64,000 bases of DNA from Takakia lepidozioides (lineage: Eukaryota > Plantae > Bryophyta). Of this stretch, positions 13,301 through 27,039 are shown in pieces. Below the pieces are notes generated by a model that was not told the DNA's origin, did no database searches, and worked only from the letters and a program-made list of their open reading frames with translations. Positions within the stretch are counted from its first letter, which is position 1. Each line of letters begins with the position of its first letter. The stretch spans positions 57,412,001 through 57,476,000 of the forward strand of contig CM060733.1 of assembly GCA_030704615.1 (NCBI GenBank), read 5' to 3'. A program made the translations under genes and the position numbers.

Positions 13301-15053
13301 CAAAAGAATGCACAGTGATTTGATCTGCATTGTGGATATTTGAAACATTTAATTCATGGATATCTTGCATTCACTGTTTATAACACATTCTTCAACCTTT
13401 TCTAAAAGGGGGCAGTAACTGAAAGGCGAAGTGGCTCTTAGTTACACCGGCTTTGGCCGGAGTCCTCTCTCTCTCTCTCTCTCCTCTCTCTTCAACCTTT
13501 TCACAAAGTAACATTTGTCGGTGGTGAACAGGTAAGTGGCAGCATGTGAAGGAGACAACAGAGATTGGCGAGGGCAAGCTCTTTTCCCCCGGAAACTTGC
13601 GAGCCACTTTTGATAACCCAGAATATGAGAAGGTAGTCGCAACAGAGTCTTGATATTTATTGGCACATGACGTTTTGTTAGAAATATCAAGGTTTAATAC
13701 TGTGGTTGAGGATTTAGAATGAGGAAGTTAATTCTCTCAGCATTTCTTTTGAGGATGGTTTTTTCTGGTCAATATGATTTATGGTTGAGAGATTTCTTAC
13801 CATCACTGAGAGGAAGCTATGGTTCCCATAGATAGAGACTACTGGTATGAGGCAGATGTTTGTCCAATGTGCTAATAAGTTGGAACCTTTGACATTATGT
13901 CTGGACCAAAGTTTGTGGTAGGTGCCGACATCATATCTCGAGAGCATTACATGGTGCTAAGGTTACTTACTGTTTGCTTGTTTTGGTTGGTAGTTGATAA
14001 ACTATTATGTGAGCGAGAAGTACACTCTTCGTTACACGGGCGGCATGGTTCCTGATGTCAACCAGGTATGCCTTCAGAAGTACCTATGAAGCAGAGAGGT
14101 GAAGTTGGTGTACTTGTTAGCCTTTGATTGTCTCAGTGTCACCTTTTACTCAGATACTTGTTTGATCAGAGAGAAAGTGGTCAACTGGTAGGGGAAGAGA
14201 AGTACTATTCCTTGGTAAGGCAACTGCCATGATCTCCCCTTGACGGCATAGTCCTGACAGAATAGTCAGAGCTAGGATAACTGCTGAGAACCAACCAAAA
14301 GGTGTCGGAGTTTCTGTGGACATCTGAATCTCTTTGAGCCTTCCTTATCTAGTCCAGGGGTGGTCTCGGTTGCAGTAAATGGTCTAGTAGAGATCAGAGC
14401 TTGCTGGGGTAGAACATGGTGCTAATTAAAGCCTGAAACCAATTCCAATGAACTCTGGCCAGATACTTTACAAAGTGCATGGCCACAATCAGAAAGGAGA
14501 CCTGTAGTGGCCCCAGCATCCTGCAAAATGACCCTGTTGACAACCCTTACTTTGGTGTTATCTGGTCTTTCTAGTCAATGGCTGAGAAAATCTGGACACT
14601 GAATGTTGGTACATGTACATTGGAAGGTCAGACAGCACTTGTAGAGCTCTAATAAGGTCTACTGGTTCTATATCTCAACAGAGGATACGAATGGTTGATC
14701 AAAAAAATAATCAACCTGCTGACTGCCATTGAACTGGGACAAGGACTGAGCAGTCTCCGCTGTTCAATGTACAGATCCTAGTAAAGGAGAAGGGTATCTT
14801 CACCAATGTTATCTCTCCCACGACCAAAGCCAAGTTGAGGCTTCTGTTTGAGGTTGCACCCCTGGGTTTGCTGATCGAGAATGCGGGTGGCTACAGTAGT
14901 GATGGCAAGCAATCAGTGCTAGATAAAGTGGTCATTAATACAGATGACAGAACACAAGTGGCCTATGGTTCTAAGAACGAAATCATTCGGTTCGAGGAAA
15001 CTCTCTATGGAACATCCAGATTGGCAGCAGAACTTGCAGCTGCAACCGTTTAG
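10312..15053 (+). CDS. SBP: Sedoheptulose-1,7-bisphosphatase, chloroplastic (400 aa, 8 exons)
   Basis: Exons 10312-10452, 10744-10863, 11965-12150, 12616-12697, 12824-13045, 13532-13632, 13994-14065, 14775-15053; all GT-AG and in frame. Ser/Ala-rich transit peptide, redox motif [66 protein letters not shown]. Confidence 0.97.
13403..13488 (+). mobile_element. Short 5'-truncated non-LTR retroposon-like insert with (CT)n tail in SBPase intron 5
   Basis: 86-bp insert flanked by an exact 14-bp direct repeat TCTTCAACCTTTTC (13389-13402 and 13489-13502) and ending in a CT microsatellite. Confidence 0.65.
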
Positions 15054-15394
15054 AAGGCCAGATACTCTCATCCTCCTTTCATCCTTTGTCCATGCAGTAC
15101 TCAGGGTTGCCAGTTCATTGAGAACGAGAGTAAGATTCTAACTTCCAAGTTGTCCAGCCATTGTTCTTCCAAGTCTAACAAAATTGGGCAGTGTCAGTTT
15201 TTTTGATACGAACTTCCTTATTGTAAAGGTACCTTCCTACCTTTCCACCATTATTTTTCACATCTCCCAATACATTGCCTAAAGCTCCAAAAGATATGGG
15301 GCCGGGATAACAGTTGTGTTTGACATACTCATAAAGCACTTTGTGTTTTTTCTCTTTGTATTTATGGTGCTCTTAAAAAGCAGAATTCATCGCC

Positions 15395-15600
15395 TGGCCG
15401 GGCGGGGCATTACACTCCCGTGGAATGCACTGGACAGCGAGGCCGGTGCATTACACTCGGGTGTAATGCCCGCCGTACCTTTTTGTTGCACGTGCTTTAT
15501 GCAGGGTAATGCCTTGAGTGGAGGCATCCCCGGATTTTCGGGCCTTCCCCTCGGGCTACCGCCCTCGGCCAGTGCCCTCCACTCAGGGCATTACACTATA
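15395..15600. repeat. GC-rich element with multiple inverted repeats (probable non-autonomous transposon remnant)
   Basis: Hairpin GCATTACAC-TCGG-GTGTAATGC at 15448-15469; 19-bp inverted repeat 15506-15524 / 15576-15594 with one mismatch; GCATTACACT recurs three times. Confidence 0.6.
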
Positions 15601-16940
15601 CTTAAACCCTCTGACAAAGAACTGTTCTGAAATTGAAGGCTATTTAAGCGTGCCAGAACTGTTCTCTCTCCTATATGTTTATGAGATTGTAGGTGTTGCT
15701 TGTACTTGTGTTGTTTGCATTTGCAGTTTGTTTCTCCCTCATTAGTACTGATCAATTTCTGAGAGAGAGTAATAGCTGGCCAACATGTCCTAGCCATGTT
15801 TGGACCCTGAGAGAGAAAAAATGCGCTTGCATCTGCTTTTAACAAGCTTTGTATACTTCCACCCAACTGCAGGGTCACTTCAAGAGTCCCAGTCCAACCA
15901 AGGATAACTGGATAGATTTCATCTGTGTCCAGGCAAGCCCATTCCTGATTCCTTCAAACGCGATCTTCACATTTTCTAGGTTTTAGCCTTCAAGCTTCTT
16001 TTGTAATGATATAAAGGCAACTTGATCCTGCATGTCTACCTGTCTTTCCAAGCTGCCTGAATGTGATACTAACTCTTCCAGCAAATCATGCGCACCAATA
16101 CAAGGAGAAGCTCTTAGCACCACGAGTTGTTCGAAATGCCCGCCCACCAGGCCCAACCATCTTGCTTTTCTGTTTGTTTTGTGCTCACCACTCTTGGCTC
16201 ACAAATTGCTGCGCAGATTTCAGAAGAAAATGACCACTGTAGTGGAATATTCCTACAGGTGGTGTCATTCATGCAGTCAGTTTCCATGAAGATGTGAGGA
16301 AGCATGGACAGTGGAAGTAAAAGGGTGGGGTGGCCTCAATAGGCCTTTAGGGTTTAATAAAAACACAAAAGACTAATAAAACTAATAAGGCTAATAAAAC
16401 TTAGTGGCATACAGGAGGGTGGCCAATTTTCGCAGTCTGCCATACTTTCCTTGCCAAAGTTCACTTAGTGAGGGTGATTGTTGTCCAGCAAAATTGAAAT
16501 CACAGGATTTAGTTTGGAAATCAATAAATTTGAAATCTGGTGACCATAGAGGTCTTGAATAGCTAATATACTTGCAGCACAGTTTCCCAAAACCAATATT
16601 TCACAATAATAACCAGCATGATTTTTTACACTGCCAGTGATTGATAAAGGGGCCGGAAAAACTCAGTAGATATTGTAAACCGTAACCTTTGATTGGGATA
16701 TGTCTACAAGATCTTACAGTTTGAATCCAAGGGATGATTTGAGGAGGACAGAAAACGACAAATGGAGGAGAAAAATTGTGTGCTGCCAGATGACTACACC
16801 AGCAGAAGGGCAAGACACCATCCCTGAAGAGAAGGCAACCATCTGAGAAGAGGATTCTCTCACTGATGACTTGATTACACCTCTTGCAAGATAGTTGCAG
16901 GCCTGGCACTGTAACGGCAAACAAAACGCCCTGCCAAACT

Positions 16941-19900
16941 TCATCGTCTCCGGGATCCGCCGGATCCTGCAATTCGTTGTGGAGCGCCAGCAGCCTGTGC
17001 TGCTCCCCCTGGAGCAGCTGTCGTCTCTTCTGGCATGTTTGCAACTTGAGTGATAGCGTTGACCACAATAAGGCCCAAGGGAACAATATACATCCACTGC
17101 ACCAATGATCCCACCAATCCCAAGATTTTCAGCATTCTCGCCTCCCTTTCGTATTGGGGTCACAAAAACCTGAGCACAAAAACCACAAAACAGCAGAGTA
17201 GGCACATACATATTTTTGCCAGAATGTTTTCTCGATAATCTTCTTGGGGGCACCTTCCTCGCCCTCTCCAAGCTTGTCTCCGTCCACTGTGCTCACCTCC
17301 TCGTTCAAAAATATCATCCTGCCATTAATCAACGTGTCCCCTCAAGATATTTCCAGTCTGTGATTAAGAAATTCTGGACTCCAGATTGCAACGACGGTGT
17401 CATGTGCTACTGCATGGCAAACTTGAGGTCCCAATTTGCTTCATGCACATTATCCTGCCATTTTCAGGCATCTCAAAATTTTAGGAAGGGTCCTACACCA
17501 TGTGGAATCCCTGTTTTCTCTACAGACAAATATGGGATCCTAATCTTTGATCCTTGCAGGGAATTATCCTGCATTCACCAACATTAGCTTAAGAAGCTCG
17601 AGAGATCTCATTTACGATCCAAGTTTCCACTACTCATGGTCCCTACTTTCTTCGATTCGTCAATCATAAACCAAATGAAATGGGGCTTTGACACAATTTC
17701 TAACCACAAGTCAGCGTTTCCTGGCCATTAAATCAAGGGGGAAGGAAGGGAGAGGGAGAGGGACAGAAGTACCTCAAAGCTTGTTCACTGGTCTTTGTTA
17801 CAATCCACGAATCAAAAGACCAATCTGATGGCTGACACACCCAAAATCCAACTGGCATATTACCAAATTGAAAAAAAACAAGGAGGCATCACATACAGGA
17901 GAGATTAATGGCCCAGAAGATCCTTATCGACAGATAGAGAAATGCGAATAAATGTTCACTAAAAACATTAGACAATGGCTTACCTTTATGACATAACCCC
18001 CGCCCCCCAAAAAAGCCAGCATGGGTTTTTATGTAGTGGGATGGGAACTCCCCCAAGACTGCAAAAGCAGAGAGATGGAGAGAGAATGTACTCATAAGAA
18101 GTTGGCCGTAGCCTTGTGGCAGTCTGAGCAGACAGAGAGAGAGAGAGAGAGAGGGAGAGGGAGAGAGCTACAGGACTGCTTGACAGAGAATAGATACTTC
18201 TGAAGAGTCTCCACTCTGTATCTCATCCTAGGAAAAATCGGGAGATTCGACCCTCATCAGAGGGCCTGATATGAAATAACCAGCTGATAGGTGAACAATC
18301 ATGGTTGTCTACCTGCAGACAAGCCATACAGGCTTACTTACTATAAGAAAACCCCAATTTATCATCCTCCAAAACCTGACAGCACAATGCAAGAGAGAGA
18401 GAGCCCTCACAGCAACTTGTGGACGTGGATATGGACAGTCACCAGCTGCACTATACGTAATGCCAATCACAGAACCTTGATCCTGCACACCAGTAACAGA
18501 GTCCCCTCCTTACGTCATCAACACTTTACCAAGGAAGGGGTTTTGGTGCTTTTTGGGGGTCAGGACACTAGATTTGTAATTTAACAAAACTTCAACAAAA
18601 GAAACCAGCAGATCAACCATACCAAGTGTAAGTCAAAACGCTCCTTCAAATTTGCTGCTGCCAAGCACCGCTGCAATATCCCCCAAAATGAAACAGAGAG
18701 TTAATTACATCATTCGGTACCAGGTCAATTTGTATGAGCATCTAGAAGGGATAAATGTGACTAACTAGAGGAGTCAAATGGTAGACCCACTCTTTCTCAT
18801 ACAACAGTAATGGATAAACATTCCCACCAATCCTGCAAGAAAGAATTGTCCCTAGCAGTCTGCTACCAGGAGATGACGACAAGCATGGTTGCAGTGCCAG
18901 CCGCCGAGCCCTGGAGAACGGGAGACCTCCCGTGATAAGGTCTGCTACGGCGCAATTCTGGGTTGAAGTTTCAGAGACCTGTACGTGGAGCGCCATGAGG
19001 TATGGGACAAAGTGTACACCAGCAATACTGACGTCAGAGACAGGTGCAGGTGGCGCTCGCTGGGAGCCTAATGGATGAAGTAGGCCCTACTACCTGGTCG
19101 TGTGGAGGCAATAATTCTTAACAAGAATCAAACACAAAGCAAATTACAAAGCATATAACTGTGAGCTTACAGCTTTGACAGATGCCATGACGAACACTTT
19201 GCCTGGGTTCAGCACATCGGCAGATATCCTCACACTATAAAACCCATCATCTCTCACCAGTGCCTGTCCAACGCAAATTACCGAGTCAACACGGTACCCT
19301 CCAGTGTATCAGAACAGCTTCATTTCACACGCAAATTCTCTTATTATTTCGTCTTGAGGATCAGGGTAAGCAAGAAGAGTTAAACTGAGCTTAAATGTAT
19401 TCCTCATGCGTTTGGAAACACACGGCCCCCTTTCCTTCTCTCTTAGACAAGCCACGACTGGCAGGACTTTGAAAATCTGTTGTTGTGTGTGTATCCAACC
19501 ATTGACAGTGAGGAAAATAAGGGACACTTACACGTGGAAAAGATCAGAGAAGCTACCTTGAAGGCTGCCTTGTCACTTTCTGAGAATGTATTCCTTGTCA
19601 GCCGCAACTTAGATAGAGACTGCAAAGAAAAACAGTCTCAACATTGTACATTTGTAGACATGGATGGGAAAATCGAAAGGATAAAACTAGTATATGTTGT
19701 AAATTGGAGAAATTGGTAGTAGGATGCCTCAGCAGAGGATGGTAAGTTTGATCACAATCTGACGCTTGTTGTATCAGGGCAACCTGCCACCAGCATACAG
19801 AAGAAATTCTGACACCATCCCGTTTCCCGCAACTACAGTTAAACGATATCTGTTCGTCGAGGGGATTAGTATGACCCAGATGCTGCGACAAGGGTGTGTG

Positions 19901-20693
19901 TCCCCTAATTAGTTTGGATCTTCATTGAAGCCGAATTTCCCTCGAGAGCAGCTACTCGTCTTTCTGCCTCTATGCTCCCAACAGTGGTTTGACGGCATCT
20001 GACAATCCTCGTTTGCGTTTGAAAGAGAAGGAGAGGACTGCTACGCCTCATGGACACGCCATATCCCCATAAAACAGTCGCCATGAAGATTCTTTAGACC
20101 TAAAATCTTCCTCGCTCCCGATTTGGTTAGAAAAATAGGAATTCAAATGGCACAGCGATCCATGCCTGGCGGCCAGGAAGATGTCTATATATGCGTCGAT
20201 GCGCGTCAATGAGAAGTGCGGGAGACAATCTAACCCTGTCTGTGACCAATTACCCGTCAAGCTCTCAAAAGCCTAATGAATCCACGTCTTCCCAGGACTG
20301 ATGCAAGGGCCAACGAAATACTCCGGAAACATACCTTGAACACTGTCCCGCTCCCAATTATGATCAATAACATACCTGACGGCCATGCGATGACGACCGC
20401 ACACGAGCGGAGAAGGTGCCCCCGGCCGCAAATTCCGAGCCCGCAAATGAGTGCTCCAATGTAAACTGGATCTTCTTGTCACCAAGTGCATCCAAGGGTG
20501 CACTGGCACCCAGGTCTACTCGTTTTCCCTCAACAACAGCACTCCTTGGAGAATCTCGCTCCCCATTCCTGTGAGATCCCCCTACAATGCCCCACTCTTC
20601 GTCGTCTTCAGGAAGCTCATCAGACGTGAAGCTAGTTCCCCGCACGGACACAAACCCCAGCAACAACAAAACTACGACGACTTTCATGGCCAT
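16941..20693 (-). CDS. EMC10: ER membrane protein complex subunit 10-like (305 aa, 8 exons)
   Basis: Exons 20693-20376, 19619-19557, 19263-19171, 18670-18623, 18482-18411, 17831-17773, 17318-17210, 17096-16941; all GT-AG and in frame. Signal peptide, DDEEWG, KIQFTLEHSF..SEF...GTFSAR, LSKLRLTRN, RCL, CPYPR, EKTFWQKYWMYIVPLGLIVVNAITQ transmembrane segment, C-terminal RRR. Confidence 0.9.
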
Positions 20694-23572
20694 GGCGAAA
20701 TGCGAGTCATGGCAGAGCCGCTAGCCCTAACCAGACGTGCGAGACAACGGGCAGCCTAAATTTGTTTTCATTCCTTTGTTTAAGAAATTTGGAAAACGGC
20801 ACGAGTGGCTACAGAGTTTTGCGAAAAAAAGCGGAACTTTCATCCACTGAAATTCATCCACATCTGTACTTCATTCCATTTGTATCATCCTTTTTTGGAA
20901 AATTCATCCATTTTTTATTTTTTATTTGGAGGAATTTGGCGATTTCATCCATGAAAAAACAGGGAATTCTAGACAGAATATTCCATTTTCTTTTTTGAAG
21001 TCGAAATCTGGCGAAAATTCGCCACTGACAAAAACGCTGAACTTTTGAGTACGTACTGCAGAAGGCTTCTCTCAGCTTGGACAGGAATAAACTACTAAAG
21101 CGGGTCAACTCAACATCCAACACTCTAAACATAAGCTTATTAGACTAATCATGTTTCTAAGATTTTCAGAATACTCGACGCAAATGCAGTGGAGGAGGAC
21201 TCAAGATCGAAATGCAAGAGCTTTGGGGAGGAAATGAATGGCACATCCAACAGTCATAAATGGGAGTAGCACTGTGCTGTTGGCAGTGAGAAAGAGTACA
21301 AGAAGTGATCTAATTTCAGTGCCCTTCAGTTCTTCAGTTAACACTCTGACAGTTTGCATTATGACAAGCATCTTTTAGATGTGTTTGCCAACAGCTTTTT
21401 GATTGTTTGTGGCGGGAAGTGGAGTGGATATGGGAAAGACAAGCGCAGCATTGGAATTTGGAGGTGGGTCTCTTCATGGTTGTAAACATGCGCACAATGC
21501 CGCCCTCATGCATAATAAATGCAGTCTTGTATACAAGTGATGCAGTTCATGGTATTATTAGTACATATCTATATGTAAGCCAAAGTATACAGCCTGTGCT
21601 TGGGCTCTACTAGGGAGTCAATGAGGTCGCAACTGCATTGGCACATCATAATGTGGCTTATCTTTTGTGCATCCTTGAATGTTGATCTGCCTCGAAATTC
21701 ACCAAATGCGACCCCTGCGGACAGGGTATCCTTGTGAACGAGTGGAGTTGATTATCCCCGTGGTAGGTAGTAGTGGAAGGGAGAGGTCGGGAAAGTATGA
21801 GGTGACTGTTAAACTGTTAACCCCCATTGTTTGAATGAGTGACTTGTACGTGGATCACTAAAGCTGACAGTTAGATATGTATTGGCAAGAAAGGCTTGTG
21901 CTTCAAGGTACACAGGACACTCACATAATTTCACGTGATACATAACTGCAGCAAGTCGAGTTTACCACTGGATATGTTAGTTATGTATCATATGAGAAAA
22001 AGATCCATCTGAAGTCACATGCTGTGGAGCTCTAACAATTGAGGGTGGAACTCTCAAGTGCCTTGCACAGCGAGTCAAGTTTAAACTAAGACTTTCTGCA
22101 AGTGAGTTATTAAGTTGTGATGAGGCTGCAGACGTCAGAGTGTGTACTTAGCAGGTTGTTGAAGCACTTGGATTGCCTACAATAGCAGCAGGGCCAATAT
22201 GGGACATGTCGAGTCTACACTGGGTAGCGGCTGAGTAAGTGAGCGAGTGACAGGGCAGCGTTGCCGTGCCAACACTGTCTCCCACCAAAAGGCGGCGGGC
22301 CTACCATTGGATAAGGTACCGAGAATATGGAGGCCCAAAGTCTCAACTAGAGATATGCTCCCACGGCGTATCCAATTGCAAGACTCAGTCAGTCGTGAAT
22401 GATTCATTACAAACTTCTCTGCGCAGCTTCGCTGTGACCTCGTGAGAGGATAGGAATCCTAGCTTCTACAAGGAACTTGTAAGTTGTGCGACTTTCTGGC
22501 GGAGGAGGGCGGCTGAATCCTCGACTCACATGGAAGACTGTGCCTAGCAGAGGGTACAATCCTACCATATCCCTCAGATTCGTCTCATATAAACTCTCCA
22601 TAATACATATCTGGACTTTGCCTCAACTTTGCCTGCAGTGCCTGGCCTAGGTATTCCTTTGTCTCTACGGAAGTCGGTGAAGTCTAGCAGGTAGCCAAGA
22701 CTCTCCAGCAACTGTGCTTGCTAGCTGCTTGTGAGCTTGCTACACATAGGCTTAGTGCCCCGTGCAGTGGCAGATGGAAAAGAATCCAATGCAGCTGTCA
22801 CTCACTTGCAGGCTCTGCCAGACAGACAGGAGTGGAGCAAAGGCAAGCATAAGTCAGTTTAGAATAGAAAGCTCAAGGTCAGTTCAGTGCATGGCTGTGT
22901 AGCTTCCGATATGCCTCTGTAGACTGTGACCTCCGCATTAAGCGAGTTGGTGGCTCTGCATGCTGTACATCCACTTAGGGCACCATATTTTTAGACTATG
23001 CTTTCTAAACAGTTTTTGGTTGTTTTTTTTTTCAATGGCCAGTTTAGAGGATTGTCGAGAATAACCTACTTCAGGGAGCCAACGTGGCTGACGAACCAAC
23101 AGGGGATTGAACGAATTGAACCCCGCCCATGAACAAACAGGGAATTGAAACCAATGCAAAGGATGGGCAAAATGCCAGGGTTTTGTTTATTTGAAAAGGC
23201 AACCCGACCGAACACCCATGAACCTGCAGGGGTTGAACCCCCACAAGTCAATGCAGGGGTTGTCTATTTTTCGAAAAGGTCACCCCTTTAAGGAACCGAG
23301 TCTGGCCGAGGAACCAACAGGGGATTGAACCCAAGATCCACAAGTCAATGCACAGGTTCGGCAAAGTGCAGGGGATTTTCTTTAGTTGAAAAGCCCGATG
23401 TGCTTCCACGTCGGCCGACATTCTTTTACAGCAACTAGAGGCGTGCTTCCACGTTGGCCTGACAGTCTCTTATAGCAACTCGAGGAATTCTGTTCTCCCG
23501 CCTGCCTGAAAATTGAAAAAGCATTCCATGGATTCCACCTCGTTTCCGGCCAAGGAGGAAACATGGAATATA

Positions 23573-23942
23573 GGGTATGTTGGCCTATGACCGTTCAAAT
23601 AACGATGATGAAAAATCTAACGGTGAATTTTTGTCATTTTTACCTCAGGTAAATTTCATAAGGTGTCCCACATATGGGGCAACCTACAAACTTGGAACTA
23701 TTTTGATTTCATGAATCCTACACAAAGTTGTAGGGTTTCAAAGTCCAACCAATCAGAATGCTTGTATACACCAAGAGCCCTATAACCAATCACACTTTTG
23801 GGAGGGTTATATCAAATGATTGTTTACCAAGTGGCAAAAATGGACAGTCTTGGGACCATCAGTGCATGGTCATAGGTACTGACAGAAGCGTTAATGGGGT
23901 GTTCGGTTATAGACGCCCGTTCGGTCATAGGCCAACTTACCC
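23573..23942. mobile_element. MITE (~370 bp) with ~21-bp terminal inverted repeats flanked by TA
   Basis: TA|GGGTATGTTGGCCTATGACCG ... CGGTCATAGGCCAACTTACCC|TA, one mismatch in the TIR, no coding capacity. Confidence 0.8.
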
Positions 23943-24145
23943 TAGTCCAGCTTTGGCCCGCTTAGGGCATTGGCAGAGTTTGGCTTATTCAGCCATCTTT
24001 TAAAGTTCCTGCCACTTTGCTTTCCCGGATTTTCGAATCCCGCCCTCCGGATTCTCAATTCCAGTGCAAGCGGCAGTTTTACCTCTCTTACAGAATTTAT
24101 CGCATCTATATATATAAGTATATAAGTATATCGATATGTGAGGCT

Positions 24146-26712
24146 AGATTCCGGGGCCGTCGGATTATTCCTCTCTATCCCGGGAAATTACCTGCATTGG
24201 GGATGTATGCCTTGTAGAGCAGAGCACACTAAGTAGGGGGGAATCTTCCAACAACTTAACACAAAGAGCCACTTTTCATCCAACACAAGTACACCAAATG
24301 AGATCCAAAATCCACCACCCCGTTCTCTCTCGAGTGCTTTGATTATAGTACTTAAGCAAGTAATCTTATCTAGGCCAAACGATTGTCTTCTATTGGTTAG
24401 CCAGATGCCATCCTAGCTCGACCACACAAGCCTGCCACATCCTCTAATCTGATCCTAACTAACTGTTAACTAAAGACACCATCAACTTAATATAGCCAGC
24501 TGTACCAGCGTCTAATGCGTAACGACTACTCCACCTACATCCAGCTAAGTTTAACTGAAAGCCTCATCCGATGTCATTCGTTAGCCTGAATGAGCATCAC
24601 CATCCTGCTCCATCCACGATACCATTCATCCATGCCCAAAACAAGTGGGAATCAAGCCCTTGTATATGTAAGGCTTGTTGGCCCCACTAACTAAGCGAGC
24701 TCCAGCGAGCAATCAAGAAAAAGTGAACAAGGGATCTATAACAAAATTAAGCAAAAACTAGGCATCCGATCAAGCTTGGGATGAAAAAACCAAATGAACA
24801 AAACCTTGCCCTGCAAGGTGGGCGAAGGACAAAAGATCAAAGTGGAAAAACCCCAAGTTTGGTACAATCTGATGCCATCTCTAGCACGATACAATAAACA
24901 AATATTAACTATGGCTCAGATTCGACAGATTGCAGGTGGGAGAGAACAGCCTTAGTTGGAATATAAATCACCTGTTTATTTTCCACATTCAAACATGTCA
25001 AGTCAAATGTTAGAGTGCAGGGAACTAATAACCAGCCAGATAAGGAGTGGAAGAGTGTTGTGGGAGGAGCACATACTGTCTACCTGGAAGAATTTCAGTG
25101 ATAAGGTAAGGGCCATCCATGCGCCGCTTAGCCTTAGAGACCTGCTTCCCTGGTTGCAATCTGACACAAACAGATTGTCCTAGTTTAAAAGACTCAGAAT
25201 AAACAACCCTACGGTTATAATACTTAGCCTGAGATGCCTGAGCAAACTAGATATTGGACTTGGCAGTCTCACGAAGGTTTCTGCGTTTAGCATCCATAGT
25301 ATGCAAAAATTGCTCTCAGTTTTTAGGTTCAGTGACCGACATCTGCAACCATGAAATGTGCAAAGGGATACAACACTTCCTGCCATACAACAACTCAAAA
25401 GGGGAAAGCTTAGTACTAGCACGAATAGAAGTGCGATAAGCAAACAACATAATTGGAACAGTCATGTCCCACTTGTCAATCAAAGTCTCATTCTTCTCCA
25501 ATTTCTGACACATGGTCTTGTTAAAATGCTCCGTCAAGCCATTGCATTGGGGGTTATAAGGAGCAATCACCGCATGACTAGTATTCAAGTTAAACAAGAC
25601 AATATCCATGAGCTGGTTACAAAACTCGGGTACCTTGATCCGTGAGGATCTCAAGGGGACATCCGTGGCGGAGGATCACCTTGTCAAAGAAAAATTGAAT
25701 CACTTCATCACTGTCCTTAGCAACCAATGGTCGGAGCTCAACCCATTTCGTCAGGTAATCCGTGGCTACAACAAGGTATGCATGATTCTCATCAAAGGCA
25801 GTATATCTGCAAATGTCCTCGCTCAAACGCACCCTCAACTCATGCAGAAAAGTCTGCTCAAAATCTTGGTCAGGCGTGGATTCGCTAATGACAGGAACAG
25901 ACTCAGAGGGAGACGCCATTGCACACAACAAGGAGAAACGCAGCTAGCTTGAACACGAAAGAGAAGAAGGCATACAAACGAAAAATGAGACTCGCCGCCA
26001 TTTCGCCTTTCTGACGGCTGTACCTTATGCCCTTGCCACACACGCGGCACCTGTTATGAATAATACATTCGTTCCCGGTAACAGATTAGATGCCCCCCAT
26101 CTCCACCAAGATTCCGGGGCCGTCAGATTATTTCTCTCTATCCCGAGAAATTACCTGCATTGGGGATGTATGCCTTGTAGAGCAGAGCACGCTAAGTAGG
26201 GGGGAATCTTCCAACAACTTAACACAAAGAGCCACTTTTCATCCAACACAAGTACACCAAATGAGATCCAAAATCCACTACCCCGTTCTCTTGAGTGCTT
26301 TGATTTATATAGTACTTAAGCAAGTAATCTAAGCTTATCCATTTCATCTTGTTTGTTTTTCGCTGCTTCACCTTGCCGCTCATTTTGGCCTCTCATTTCT
26401 TGTCAACTCCATGAATTGTAGTGTGTGGTATCTAGGCCAAACGGCTGCCCTCTATTGGTTAGCCAAATGCCATCCTAGCTGGACCACACAAACCTGCCAC
26501 ATCCTCTAATCTGATCCTAATCTAACTGTTAACTAAAGACAACATCAACTTAATATAGCAAGCTCTACCAGCGTCTAATGTGTGATACTCCACCTATATC
26601 CAGCTAAATTTAACTGAAAGCCTCATCCGCTGTCGTTCGTTAGCCTGAATGAGCATCACCATCCTGCTCCATCCGCGATACCATTCATCCATGCCCAAAA
26701 GCCAGCAGGTGG
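24146..26712 (-). mobile_element. Internally deleted Ty3/Gypsy LTR retrotransposon (two LTR-like repeats plus integrase core)
   Basis: Direct repeats at ~24146-24650 and ~26109-26712; the right copy extends to a TGTT terminus at 26052, with PBS-like GGTGCCGCG adjacent on the minus strand. Frameshifted rve core on minus 25800-25316: YLVVATDYLTKWVE...RHGCPLEILTDQG/EFCN...YNPQCNGLTEHFNKT...FAYRTS...SPFELLYGR. RT and RNase H are absent. Confidence 0.85.
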
Positions 26713-26790
26713 GAAATAAGTATTAAATAAAAAAAGAAATTAGAATATGATTCCCGCCTGAAAAACATTCCGTGGCTTAGGTGGAATTGC

Positions 26791-27039
26791 ACCATGGTCA
26801 GTAGCTCAGCTGGATAGTGCACGGAGTGCCACCCATATGATTATGGGGTCAAATCCTGCTACATTGCTGGGTGTGGTATGTTGTATGTTCTTCTTCCCCT
26901 TCCCTGGCTGGGCGGTGTCCCATGCGTATGCCTTCACGGCGAGGTTACTGTGAAAGAGGTTATTTTCTCCTCTCAATTATATAAGGGGCCTGATTTGTGA
27001 GCTGTTGCTCCCAGGTGTTTCCATTCAAAGAAAAAGAAA
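26791..27039 (+). mobile_element. tRNA-derived SINE, full length
   Basis: A-box TAGCTCAGCTGG, B-box-like GGGTCAAATCC, A-rich tail, target-site duplication AATTGC (26785-26790 / 27040-27045). A second copy lies at ~50398. Confidence 0.8.

Noticed and set aside
13530-13537. AG|GTAAGT recursive-splice-like site at SBPase exon 6
   Set aside because: Explained by the conserved Gly-Lys-Trp codons (GGT AAG TGG); the intron is short.
16601-17271. 161-aa and 185-aa minus-strand ORFs
   Set aside because: Alternative frames over the last EMC10 exons and 3'UTR with no recognisable motifs.
26791-26865. tRNA gene
   Set aside because: No complete acceptor stem; it continues into a shared body with A-tail and TSD, so it is a SINE head.
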